Assembly (NCBI GenBank): GCA_951406725.2
Contig: OX597831.1
Coordinates: forward strand, 82,398,001-82,462,000
DNA length: 64,000 nt
Direction of reading: 5' to 3'
Source: Octopus vulgaris
Lineage: Eukaryota
The first letter of the stretch is position 1; each line of letters opens with the position of its first letter. A model generated the notes under the pieces. The model was not told the DNA's origin and ran no database searches. It saw only the letters and a list, made by a program, of their open reading frames with translations. The position numbers were made by a program, and so were the translations under genes. Positions 28,370 to 40,927 of this stretch are shown here, piece after piece.

Positions 28370-28775
28370 GTTGGTAGAATATTTGGAATGTAAGACAAGA
28401 CAACTTGTAGTATTTCTTCCAACTCTTAATGTTCAGAGTTCAAATCCCATCAAGGTCAACTTTACCTTTCATCCTTTCAGGGTTGATGAAAATAAATTCC
28501 AGTTGAAAACTGGAATTCACGTAATTGGCTTATCCTCTCCCTTAAAATTGCTGGCCTTGTGCCAAAATCTGAAGCCAGTATGGTGATGAATTGATTGAAC
28601 AAAATGCTTAGCATTTCTTCTGGCTCTCTACATTCCAGGTTCAAATTCTGTTGTGGTCAGCTTTACCTTTCAGCTTTTCAGGGTCAATAAAATAAGTACC
28701 AGTGGAATACTGGGGTTAATGTATTCTACTTCTTGCTCCCCTTAAAACTACTAGCTTTATGCCAAAAATTAAGAA
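28370..28775 (+). mobile_element. Two tandem degraded OR1/Meta-like SINEs
   Basis: gagttcaaatccc...ctttacctttcatcctttcaggg and ggttcaaattctg...cctttcagcttttcagggtcaataaaataagtaccag. Confidence 0.75.
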
Positions 28776-31700
28776 GAAATATTATTATTTTTATTAGTGG
28801 TGGTGGTATTAACATGGTTGACTCTCTCCAAGACATAAATTAAGAAGAAAATGTCTTCAATACCACTTCATTAAATTTTGCAAATGAATTTAAGAATAAT
28901 TTTAGATGGGAAGAAAAAAGTAGCTGACCTCAAAACACACACACACACACACTTCAGTTTCTAATTCTTAAACATTTTTCTCATTTTCAAATAGCTTCTT
29001 GCTTTAAAAAGAAAGAAAATATGAAGATTCAAAAAATAAATTCTCTGTTCAATAGTGCCATTATATTGATTTTTTGAGAGCCTTAATTTGAAATTCATAT
29101 AAAAAAAAATATCCATTTCTCTTGTTTTCCTACATCCCAGTAATGGAATTCCACCATTGACATTTTTCATTCTTCGTTTTAAAATGGATCTAAGTTATTA
29201 ACTGAAGATAATTACTGGAAATATGGAATGTAATTAAGAAGAATGAAGGAAATAAAAGCTAGTTATTACTTCAATTTTTTTAGTTTTTTCAAAGTTTTTT
29301 CTATCTGTCGTGAGGTGAGGGTGTTTGAGCCCCAAACCAGGTGGTTGATGGTTCACACCTTTGTAATAAACATAGGCTTCTTCTAGAGTAAGAATGGTTG
29401 TGTGGTTTAAAAAGCTTGTTTCACATCCATGTGATTCCTGGTTCAATTTTACTGAGTAGCTTTCTGTAAACTTCTTCTACAATAAGCACAGGTTAATCAG
29501 CGTGTTGTGAGTGACAGTAGATGGAAACTATAGAAGCTTGTGTGTGTACAGACAAAAGAGGAACAGATCAGTTAAAATCACCAGTCAACTGGTATATTTA
29601 TGCATAAATACTTTGTGGTATTTATTCTTCCTGAATTGCACAACCAGTCCCTTGTTACTCTTGCTGTCAGAACTAAAACAAAGCACTGAATGAAAAATTG
29701 GAAATCTGTAAGCATAAAGGTGATTCCTCAAAAATGTTTGATAGGAAAATAAATATACTTCATTGCATCATATCACCACTATGTAAACGATGTCAGGCAA
29801 CTCACCTGAAGACCACCTCACCTATAATTAAGACCAAAACAATCTTGCTGTTTCTTATTCGGTTCTGTACTTTGCACTACTTGCCACAATTATTACAGCC
29901 AAGGGGCCCTGTTTCTTCAGTTTTAACAATCAATGCTAATATCTTACTATTGTTTTAATCCATGCTCTTCCACAATTTAATTTTCCACATTTGTACATTA
30001 CTGAAGTCACCTCTAATTGCTAGTGTCTGTATAATGATAGTTTTAATTACCTGTTGTTTTTTTTTGAATAAGTAGCTGTTAGTGGGGTATAGAAATATAT
30101 TTAAGCAATAACGATTCCTTAGTCATTGGAAGCATTAGCTAATTGAAGAAATTAACTTATTTGTAGCTGCCAGTCAATGCATTAATGCTAGCTCCAAGTA
30201 AAGAAAGTTGTGGATTATTTCTATACAAAATGTCTATAATTCATTTAACAATTAAAAATTCTAAATTTCTGGAATGTTTCATAAAAATTCAATAAAATGT
30301 GAGACTGTCAATTCACGAAACCCACATTTAAAATCACTTAGGATTCAAATGATAGGTTTTTCCACATTCAAATAAGTCACAATAACTAAAGATTTTCAAC
30401 CTGGAGAAAAATTTCAGCACAAATTAACAAAATTTTATGTTGATGTAACACTTCTCTCATCCAGTGAGTCTGGAGCTCCTGGTTCACAAGGGTACCACAC
30501 TGAACATTTCATCTTCATGTAGTGTATATGGGGTAGTTCAGGGCAGTACATTCTCATCCTCCATCTACCTACAGCAGGGATTGAACTTAACACTACAAGC
30601 TATGATTGACTTGCTGCACCAAGCCGCATAGACACTATAGAACTATGTTGTGTCTAGCTTGTGGTAACTATTTACAGCTAACTGGACTGGGCCATTTGAG
30701 AGTCTTGTGTGCTGGCCATAGATGACTATGGACAGGTCATAGAGGATGATAGACATGTATATAGACTGTAGACATCGCAGAAACAATGGTGAGTTGGCCA
30801 TAGTGGTTTATGGACATACCACTGATACTGGACATTACCATAGATGATGATGGACATACCAAAGACACATCATAGATGACCTTGAATATAACAGAATGGT
30901 ATAACTCATGGAACTCTCCACTCAGGTGCCCTGCCAGATTAACCAATAATGCTCTTCACTTTCTACAATGAAAGCTAAAGTTATGAAGGGTTTCCATAAG
31001 CACTTATCACTTGGGAGAATGTTGATAAAATCAAGTAAATATTTATGGTTATTGATTATCGAACTGATTAACTGGTTTATTAGTATTTAGAGAAGGAAGG
31101 AGGAAGACACTTTAGAGAATGGTTATGGAAGATAAAAGGGTGGGGAGATGTCCAAGAATGGTTGGAAGAATATAACAGTTTTATCAGAAAGACAAGCAGA
31201 GCAAAAGCCCATTGCATTATGGGGTATGATTTAGATTCATTTCATTTTGGGAGAGATCCACTTTATCAAAGAGAACATGATTTGAAGAAATAGTGCCACA
31301 GAAAATAACTGCATCTTGAAAAACAGTTTATTGAGTTGTATGATTTGAGAGAGTTTTAATTAGGGAATGTATTCTTGTAAACTCACGTCTTTTATATATA
31401 TATAAAAATGTCTGTTTTGGTTAATTTGGGAGTCTAACAATTAATTAGGTTTGAGCTGGGAAAGATTTCTTTCAGTGAATCTTACAAAGATTAGGCCTTG
31501 TGTGCATACGTGGGTAGGAAAGAACAACCATTTCCAGGATGTACTCACTGTGGAACTGAATTTAGAACTGATAGATTGTATGTGTCTACAGAGTTTAGAA
31601 CTGTTTAGATTAGTTAATCTCTTTATGGACCCTGCTTACATAAGGGAACACACTGTGCCATAAGAGTCCACAGTGTCTAGAATCAACATTTAGCTACAAG

Positions 31701-31788
31701 TCTCATTAAACACAACTCAAATAAAACTGTATAATTAACAATTTTTAAAGAAATATATTTGTTCCATTAGAAGTAAATAGTCTCCTAC

Positions 31789-31874
31789 CAACATCCTTTG
31801 TAACATTTCCACTGTTTTATTGCGAACACTAAATCCATTGATTTCCCGTATTTCATCTCCAACATGGAGTGTGC
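31789..31874 (-). CDS. CASK: CASK internal exon (PDZ domain)
   Basis: 86 bp, ttccag|GC ACA...TTG|gtagga. Translates (G)[28 protein letters not shown], part of ORF 31735..32091, and matches [33 protein letters not shown]. Phase 1/0. Confidence 0.97.
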
Positions 31875-32030
31875 CTGGAAGAGAGAAAGAAGGAATCTTC
31901 AAGCTAAGCATGAAAGGAGAGAGTGAAGGTGTTGGAATTCCATGACCAAAGATCTTACAGTAATCATTGTTCCATTCAAGTATAAAAAAAGTAGTTTTCA
32001 ATGGTTCACTTATCAACCATACACACTTGC

Positions 32031-32065
<35 letters not shown>

Positions 32066-33112
32066 TTACATTCACAGACATCCACACACATATATCAACA
32101 TCATCATTTCGTGCCAGCTTTCCATACTGGCATGAGTTGGAAGGGTTGAACAAGTTGGAATCAGTTGGTATTTGAGAATACTGCTCAGATACATATTACA
32201 CACACACACACTCCACACACTCCACACACACTCCACACACACACACACTGATACACACACACACTCCACACTGATACACACTATTATACACATCCATAGA
32301 AACATAGCTGCACAGTATCTTCCTTCCTCCTTTCCTTTTCTCCGAAGAGCAACATTTAGAACAAAGCAAAGCTTTTCTAAAGACCTGTTCTTGTCCTCAT
32401 TCCGCTTTGACTCTAAAATGGTAAAAACGTGTTTTCTTTATTGTCTTCTGTTTTTGTTAATAATCTTGAATTTTCACCACACTGACATCACAAACGCAAC
32501 ATCCTTATTCGGATGACAGGGAATCCACTATTTAACACACACATTCACACACACTTATGCACATTCTATGCATCCCAGGAAATCTAGTCAATATCTTCAA
32601 ATCTTCAACCCTGCATCCAATTCTTAACATCTAATCAGGCACTAATCCTCTCTCTCTCTCTCTCTCCCAATACATGCAGTTGTGTTCTCCTCTGCCCAAC
32701 TCTCCATTTTCTAAACAACCCCTTTTACACATCCAGAATTGTTCATCTTCACACTTTATATACTTTTCTTAGATCCTTATTTTCCAGGAATCTATTTCAC
32801 CAATGTTTTCTTCTAACTCCAACTGACAACCACTCCAACTGTAACCTTTACTTGACCCAGGTCTTCCCCCCATTCTTTGATGATCAAAGAGGCACAATGT
32901 GCTGCTCCACTGCACAATATAAAAATATAAAAAATAAAAGCATTTGTGCATCAGCTTGGCAACGACCCCCCCACCCCACTCCAACCACCTTTGGCACTGC
33001 CCCTTCCTCCTCCCCCGGCCTCATAGCTATGGGTGCTGACAATTACAGAGGAGATAATTCTTCATTGAATTAGTACGGAATTAGTTTTGAATAAAGGAAC
33101 CATAATTAATAT

Positions 33113-33550
33113 CATCATCATCATCATCATCATGGCTTTAACATCCACTTTTCCCAGCTTGGAATCTGTTGCAGCAGGTTTCCTACGGCTGCATCCTCTT
33201 TCTGTTGCCAGACTTGACCTGTTTTCCAGTAAGGAAATTATTTCCCTTCGGCTGGACACATTTCCAGGGAGGATCATAAAACAAACAATGCTGCTTGTTT
33301 GGCAATGACACTTCTTTACAAATATCTTGTGATGTCAAGTCGAGGGGACACACACACACACACACACATCTACATTCATACTTGCTTACACACATACATA
33401 CAACAATGGGCTTCTTCCAGTTTCCATCTACCAAATCCACTTACAAGGCTTTGGTCTATCCAGGGCTATAGCAAGACACTTTCTCAAAGAGCTGTGCAGT
33501 AGAACTGACTCTGAAGCCATATGATTGGGAAGTAAACCCAGCGCATGCCT
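33113..33550 (-). mobile_element. OR2/CORE-headed composite SINE with internal (CA)n and (ATG)n tail; sister copy at 39113-39490 (-)
   Basis: tgggcttctt.cagtttc..tcta.caaatc...acaaggctttgg...gctatag..agacac head, and a 3' part ending in a family A-like tail. Confidence 0.75.
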
Positions 33551-34625
33551 GGTATAACAGACGGATATTACTAAATCTAACTGAGTTGATTTTTTTGAAA
33601 AATCACTGCAAATCTGTGATTCGATCAGCCAGCTCAGGAAATATGTAGAACAATAATGTTTTTGCCATTTCTGCCAATTTAATCTCACTGGAAGGAAATA
33701 TTTCTCTGAAGTCTGAATTATAGACTGAAGAATCTTAATTTGAAATAACAAAACAGGTCACCTAAATAACAGAAACCATAAAAGACACGAGCAAAAAGAA
33801 ACAAAAGTTCTTAAGAGGAAAATGGTTTTGCGGAAAGAGATTTTGGCTATAATTATTTATTGATGGTGACCGTTGCATCAGGAAAGCCAGGTTGATATAT
33901 ATTTTCTTTTTGTCTAAGAAATTAGGGAAAAAATTAATTTCCTCTCCATGTATTTGAAAATAAGTGTTGCTGTATTTTGTGCAGAATGTTGATTAGGTAA
34001 TTCCAAAACTATCTTTCAAATAAGTATTCCAGAATAAGTTGAACCAACATCCTGACAGCTGTCAAGAAATAAGAACTCAATGTTATGAGTTTTGGTTAAT
34101 TAAATCAGTTAACTAGAAACATTTCTTGTCATCATGTTGAGACAACAAACTGTTGGTCTACTATTTCCTTTTGTTTTAATATTAATATCTTCAGAGATTC
34201 ATCCTTTTCTCACACTCCAGAAACATCAGTGTGTGTGAGTATACGTATATGAATTGTAGTATCCAGCAATCAGGTTCGTTATGTTTATTACAAACCATTC
34301 AAATAAGTTAGGACCATGTCAGTGGTCCAAGGTTGTTCTTAACAAAGAAAATCTGTTTCCGCTACTTACAACATACATCTATACACAATAACGTAGAGAT
34401 ACAGTTTTGTGTGTGTGCCTGCATATATAACAGGCATCTACACATGATGTTAGATGTAAATTAACAACTTTCCTGTTACTTTAAGGTTTTTAACTGGAGA
34501 CACATTCTTTAAAATAGTATTTTGACAGAGAATTTAGTTAGAATTTATTGACAATATTTTTACTAAATGTGTTGAGTAACTTATATTTTGTAACAACTAT
34601 TACTACAACAAAGAAGCATAAAAGC

Positions 34626-34662
<37 letters not shown>

Positions 34663-35210
34663 AGCACAGCCTTCTGGCTTGTCAGTCCTCAGTCAAACTG
34701 TCCAACCCATGCCAGCATGGAAAGTGGATATTAAACGACGACGATGATGATGATGATATATATATATCATCATATATATATATGATGATTTAAAATAACT
34801 GAACAATATTTTGAAAAATGAACCTGAAGATGTGTTGATACAATTACAGATCTGATGCTTACATATATTCTGATCTTCCAATACAGAAACGCATGTAGTT
34901 CCTTTCTAATTATAATTTGAACTCAAGTAAGTACTAATTAAGGTAGTATATTATATGCCCTGCTATGGTAAGCGGTTTATCCTCAAGTAATATTTCTTGA
35001 TGTGCATATAAATACCATGCATTTTCCATCATAAATACTCTTTATGTTCTTTTTGCATTATCTGAAATGGAATACCCACAAATCTATTGATTGAAGTCCT
35101 AATAACTGAACTATGATATATATATATATATATACACACATACATACACATGTCTTTTTGCATTGGTTCTTTATGAGCACTCCGTAAATAGCCCATACTT
35201 TCTATAACAT

Positions 35211-35241
<31 letters not shown>

Positions 35242-35660
35242 AAGAGAGAGAGAGAGATTTGAACATTTGACCAAAAACCTATGCTTTGGACTTGAACACA
35301 AGACCTCATGGTTGGAAAGCAAATATCTTAACCACTCATCTCTCTATCTATCAGGTTGTGTGTGTGTGTGTGTGTGTGTGTGTGCATATAATCTCCAGAT
35401 GTGTGAGGAGCTGTTCTACAATGAGGTGGGGCAATGTCTAGAGTGGAACCAACTCTTCTGTGATTCTGAATCTGGAAATGCTATTATCAGAGCCACATGC
35501 ACATGTGGCATATATGTACACACACCTGCATGCACACATACACACTGGCAATAAATCTAATAATCCCTTGTGAAGAATATGTGATGTTCTTAATGGCAGA
35601 ATGGGAGACGCAGAGAGGGAGGGATCAAATGTGAGAATGTTGGAGTTAAAGATGACATAC

Positions 35661-35739
35661 CTTGCCGATGAATCATGCCACCATGCATGATTCGTGCCAC
35701 TAAGCAACGGCCCTCTTCATTTACTTTTAAGGTAATACC
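35661..35739 (-). CDS. CASK: CASK internal exon (PDZ domain)
   Basis: 79 bp, tttcag|GGT...CAA G|gtatgt. Translates [26 protein letters not shown]+G, in frame with both neighbouring exons (phase 0/1). Confidence 0.97.
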
Positions 35740-36602
35740 CTGAAATTATAACGATGATGATAATAATTTTTAACTGTAGTATATGAAAAATAATGGTAAC
35801 AATAACAACAACAATGATAGTACTCAACTCTGGAATTTGGTCGCAACTTTAATGTGAGAAATGTGCTTGATTAAATTTGGTAAAGTGTTTTATAGAACCC
35901 AGATAAACACAAGTTAATTCTTCAATCCCATGGTTTTTGATTGAGTGCCACTTCAGAGCATTTTGGACAAGTTGCCTTCTTTTACAGCTCTGTAGAAGAG
36001 CATACTTTAGGAATCCTACATCTACTCTCAAGGCAATGATCAACCAGGAGCTATAACAGTAAAGATATCCATGGTACTGTGTAGTGGGACTGAACCTGAA
36101 ACCATATGGTTGAAAAGCAAGCTTGTAAACCCTACAGTTATGAAGAATGCCTTGCCTAAAATGAACCATTCTAAGAAAACAAAGAATCTATTCACTTATA
36201 ATCACAAGCAATGTAAGAATATATTTAGTTTTATTGTAAAAGAACTTGGAGAGTTGATGGTCCTTGGTCCAGAGAGCAGGTGCTAAATATTTGTTAATTA
36301 CATGTCTAAACTTCTGAGATGAATTATCTCAGTAATTAAGATTTCACTGGCTATTAATCTCATCTGTTAATATTTCAATTTGCTTGGTCTCTTGTCATCA
36401 AATATCAGATTTCTGAATCTGTATCTCCCCACTTCAGTCAGTTTGGAGTCAGACTTTGAACCTTTGTTTCTAATTAATGAGTAAAGATGTTTTAATCCAT
36501 CTCACCACCACCATTGGGATTACTTTAATTATTATGGTGGATTGTTTTTAAAAAATTTTCCAAGAAAATAATTTTCTTATATAAGAAAACTGCATTAATT
36601 AT

Positions 36603-36933
36603 TGCAGCGTGGATGGTGTTTATAAGCCATTTAATAAACACACAAAAACCGTTAGATTCACTTCAACATTTAAATTTAATTTGTCAAAATATTTTCGTCG
36701 CTTTGAGACCGCGACCTGTTCACTGACAGAACTTCATACTGCATCTCAGTGAACAGGTCGCGGTCTCAAAGCGACGAAAATATTTTGACAAATTAAATTT
36801 AAATGTTGAAGTGAATCTAACGGTTTTTGTGTGTTTATTAAATGGCTTATAAACACCATCCACGCTGCAATTGTTTTCGTTCCAGCACACGATCTCAGAT
36901 CAAGTCACTGGCTATGCAAGTACATCTCCGTAA
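36603..36933. mobile_element. Young insertion containing a perfect 126-bp inverted repeat, flanked by a 12-bp direct repeat; Penelope-like inverted pLTR architecture
   Basis: Arms 36601-36726 and 36746-36871 are exact reverse complements around a 19-nt loop, with a 62-nt extension on the right. tgcattaattat occurs at 36591-36602 and 36934-36945. Confidence 0.85.
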
Positions 36934-37037
36934 TGCATTAATTATATTTGAAGACAATTCTTCTTTTAAATCAGTTAAAAACAATAACCAAAATGTAAAA
37001 ACTAAATTAAATCTTTTCAGTTGATTTAACAACTTAC

Positions 37038-37229
37038 CATTGGTTCGTCTGCATTTTTTTGAAATTGAACCAGTCGAACACGGGTGACATTCTCCATGTC
37101 TATGTCCCCATCGGAACTATCGGCATCAGCATCGCCATTCATGTATGGTTGTTCTGGGGGCGGGGTCACTCGGATAGCTTCTTCACCATAGACTTCATGA
37201 GCAACAACATCATGGGCTTGTAATAAACC
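37038..37229 (-). CDS. CASK: CASK/LIN-2 MAGUK internal exon (end of L27 domain 2, linker, start of PDZ)
   Basis: 192 bp, ttttctag|GGT...ATG|gtaagt. Translates [64 protein letters not shown], closely matching recalled vertebrate CASK ([25 protein letters not shown]...[23 protein letters not shown]). Phase 0/0. Not in the ORF track. Confidence 0.97.
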
Positions 37230-37741
37230 CTAGAAAAAAGAGGATAAAAAGAAAGTGAAGAAATTTATCCTAAGTTAATTAGAAATTAATTACAAAGTAA
37301 ATAAAAGAGTAGTCATGATTTCATCACCTTCAAACAAGAAAATTAATTTTCCAAAAACAGTGGATGATGCCAGCATATTGCTCACATTGGTGAACCTTGT
37401 TATTCACCAGACTGGCTACAGTGGCTTTATTCCATAAACATAATTATGTACACAACGAAGAACAGGATCAAGATGTGTGTGTGTGTCTGTATCAGGTTGG
37501 CTTTACTGGTTTAATTCTGTCTGTATATTGAGTTGAAGTATTAGAAATGTAAGAAACCAAATTATTGAAATATATTTAGGCAAGATTAGGAATTTATCAA
37601 TCCACCCACACCCACAAGATTAATTCCGTAAGAGGAAGTCAATGACTTCAGCCAAAAATCAAAAGTACAAAAGTGTGTTGTCATGACAACAATAAAATCA
37701 CTGAAGAATTGATAAATCATTGGAGGTGACCTGCAGCGACA

Positions 37742-37742
37742 A

Positions 37743-37790
<48 letters not shown>

Positions 37791-37807
37791 CAGCAGCAGC
37801 AGCAGCA
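37742..37807. repeat. (TAG)n(CAG)n microsatellite
   Basis: Direct reading. Confidence 0.95.
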
Positions 37808-38410
37808 ATATTATTGGGTCAGTGCCATACAACCACAGTCTGACAATATTCTGACCACCATTCCAGACAGAATTATTAACTTCCAACAAAAAAAACACAA
37901 AAAAAACAGAACAGATAATTCAATTATCTGAGGATACTGGAATGTGTGACCCTCACTTATTGGACATCTTGGGATCACTCAAGATATTATTGCACCTGTG
38001 TAACATTGTACCATCCTACACTCAAATCATCACACTGTACCTCACTCAACACTCACTCATTACACAGTTGCACCCCTACAACACAGTGCCACCCTACCCC
38101 CACCTGTCCCTGCAATACGCTAATAACCAAAAACCATGGAATAAACCCATACTAATGAAATGTAACAGTTTAATTTATTTCCATTAAATAAAACTGGTTT
38201 AGTAGTGATGGTGGTGGAGGCGGTGGTGGTGGTCAGTCTATCTACCTGAAAATAGCCACTGTCCACAGCCAAGTTCCCAGTTCCTTATGTTATCTATCAG
38301 GTTGTAGTTATCATCGTCATCACTTCAACCAACAATACCAGGACTGTCCAAAATATCAAAATTCATAAAATTTTAAGTTTTTAGATGCAAGGGAAATGAA
38401 AAGTTCTTTT

Positions 38411-38956
38411 CATCATCATCATCATCATCATCATCGTTTAACGTCCGCTTTCCTTGCTAGCATGGGTTGGACGATTTTGACTGAGGGCTGGCAAACCAGA
38501 TGGCTGCACCAGGCTCCAATCTTGATCTGGTAGAGTTTCTATAGCTGGACGCCCTTCCTAACGCCAACCACTCCGAGAGTGTAGTGGGTGCTTTTTATGT
38601 GCCACCAGCATGGGGCCAGTCAGGCGGTACTGGCAATGACCTCGCTCGAATGTTTTTACACATGCTACCGGCACAGGCGCCAGTAAGGCGACGTTGGTAA
38701 CAATCACGCTCAAATGGTGCCCTTTTACGTGTCACCGGCATGGAAGCCAGTTGGCTGCTCTGGCAACAATCACGCTTGAATGGTGCTCTTGGCACCCTAC
38801 TAGCATGGGGCTTGAGTGCCAGTAAGGGGATGCTGGTAATGATCACACTCGAATGGTGCCCTTTTATGTTCCACTGGCTGGTTAGCCGCTCTGTCAACGA
38901 TCACCCTCGTATGGTGCTCTTTGCACCATACGGATGCCAGTCATCGAATTTGATTC
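38411..38956 (-). mobile_element. Family A element, longest copy in the window (about 6 internal units)
   Basis: (cat)n tail, conserved 3' part, repeated atggtgc..tttta.gtg.cac units, and a terminal tcgaatttgatt as in the 21516 copy. Confidence 0.88.
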
Positions 38957-39909
38957 TTTTGTCTTTAAATATTAATAAACAAAGCAAACAAAAACTTTAA
39001 AAATTAGTAAATGATATTGTTGACAAAATTATTCTGTAAATTTGTAAAGAGATATTATGTGTGCGCATGTGTGCATGCGTGTGTGTGAGTGCATGTGCGT
39101 ATTCTTGTGATCTTCACTTTTCCATGCTTGCATGGATTGGACAGAGTTTGTTGAGGCATATTTTCTATGGCTGGACACCTTTTCCCAAGCAAGATAATAT
39201 TTCCTCGTGGCCAGACATGTTTTTGCAGAATATTGGAAATGAATGACACTGCTTGTATGACGGTGATACTCATTTACATCTCTCATGCAATATCAAGACA
39301 AGCGGGCACAAGCATATACACACACATATATACATATGATGGGCTTCTTTCAGTTTCTCTCTATCAAATCTCATTACAAGGCTTTGGTTGTCCTTGAGCT
39401 ATAGTAGACACCTGCTCAAGGTGCTACGGAGTGGGACTGAACTTAGAACCACGTAGTTGGGAAGTAAACATCTTACCACACAGCCATTACTCTGCCTGTG
39501 CTCTCACATACATCCTACCAGCATGTTCTGCCACATTTAACACCTTCATTAGCAAGATTCTAACAATAGTAAAAATAATTGTGTAGAATTTGAAATTAGA
39601 CAATTAATTCTGTGGAGTTAATAACAATGTTATGCCCTGGTCAATTAAGGAATGAAGTAATTTAGTTGGTACTTCCACTGGCCCTTCCTACTGGTCCTCA
39701 ACAAAAATGATACAACCCTATTAACAGACATTTGTACATTACTGCATATACTCTATACACACTTTCTGACAAGTTGTGGTGCACCTGAGCACTGTATACA
39801 ATAATTTCATTATTATATTATTATTATAACTCAGCCTAAAGGATTCGATAGTTTAGTCTAGTGTGAAGCTTTGTATTACCTTAATGGCTAAACAAAGTAA
39901 ATAATAATT

Positions 39910-40100
39910 CCTTATACTAAAGGGTACAAGGCCTGAAATTTCTGGGAAGGGGCTAGTCAATTATGTTGGCCCTAGTGATCAACTCCTACTTGTTTTATCA
40001 CCCCTGAAGGGATGAAAAGTAAGACTGACTTCAACAATATTTGAACTCAGAAAGTGAAGACAAACAAAATACCAGCATGCTAATGACTCGGCCAGCTTTG
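39910..40100 (-). mobile_element. Degraded OR1/Meta-like SINE; others at 47075-47255 (+), 47315-47525 (+), 60830-61040 (-)
   Basis: acaaggcctgaaattt...gaagggatgaaaag.aaga..gac...atttgaactcagaa...gccagct. Confidence 0.7.
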
Positions 40101-40927
40101 TTGTCTTAAAAGTAGTAGTAGTAGTAGCAGCAGCAGCAGCTGTAGTAGTAAATAGGTCAGTTTGTGAAAAATTGGATGCAACACTTTAGACAAATTGTAG
40201 AAGCATGTGTTATTTGTCTGAAAGCTGTAAAGGAAACTAGTAAAAGAAAAATTTTGAGGGATTTCAACAATCCACAGACCAACTATCATTGTACTTTCAT
40301 CCATTTGGAAAGAGGAAGAAGAAGAAGGGACTGGCATCGTGTAATGGGTTCATTTCAGTGTAATTGTATTGGAGTTATTTAAGTGAGGTCAGTTTCTCAC
40401 ACAAACAATGGATTCAAATTTAGGAAAATATTAAGTTAATAAAATAAACTTATGGCTAAACCAATAATGCTATTATGTAACGGCAGGGATGTTATGTTAA
40501 ACTGCTAATATCGACACATCAGTAGCAATAAGAAACAGCTCTGTGCACACAGTTTATACAATAGCGTCAGTTGTTTGATAATAATCTATATTCTGACAAA
40601 GAAAATAAAGCAAAATCCATTAGCTTAATAAATCTGTCTATATATGATTGATGAGGTAGTTTTAGGGGGTTAGTTTTCTCATAAAACATCATTACAGATA
40701 TAACAGTTTGAAGACATCTTCAGTTTTCTTTGGAGAAAATGGTAAATAGGCATGAAGTCAGCTGAATTAGTTACTGAGTTGGTTTGTTGATATTCTGAGT
40801 TCAAATCCTGAAAAAGTTAACCGTGATCTTTTATCTTTCTAAGCTCAAAACGATAGATACCAGTTGTATATTGGAGTAAATTCCTGAGACTGTATTGTTC
40901 TCACAATAATGATGGAAATATAAATTG

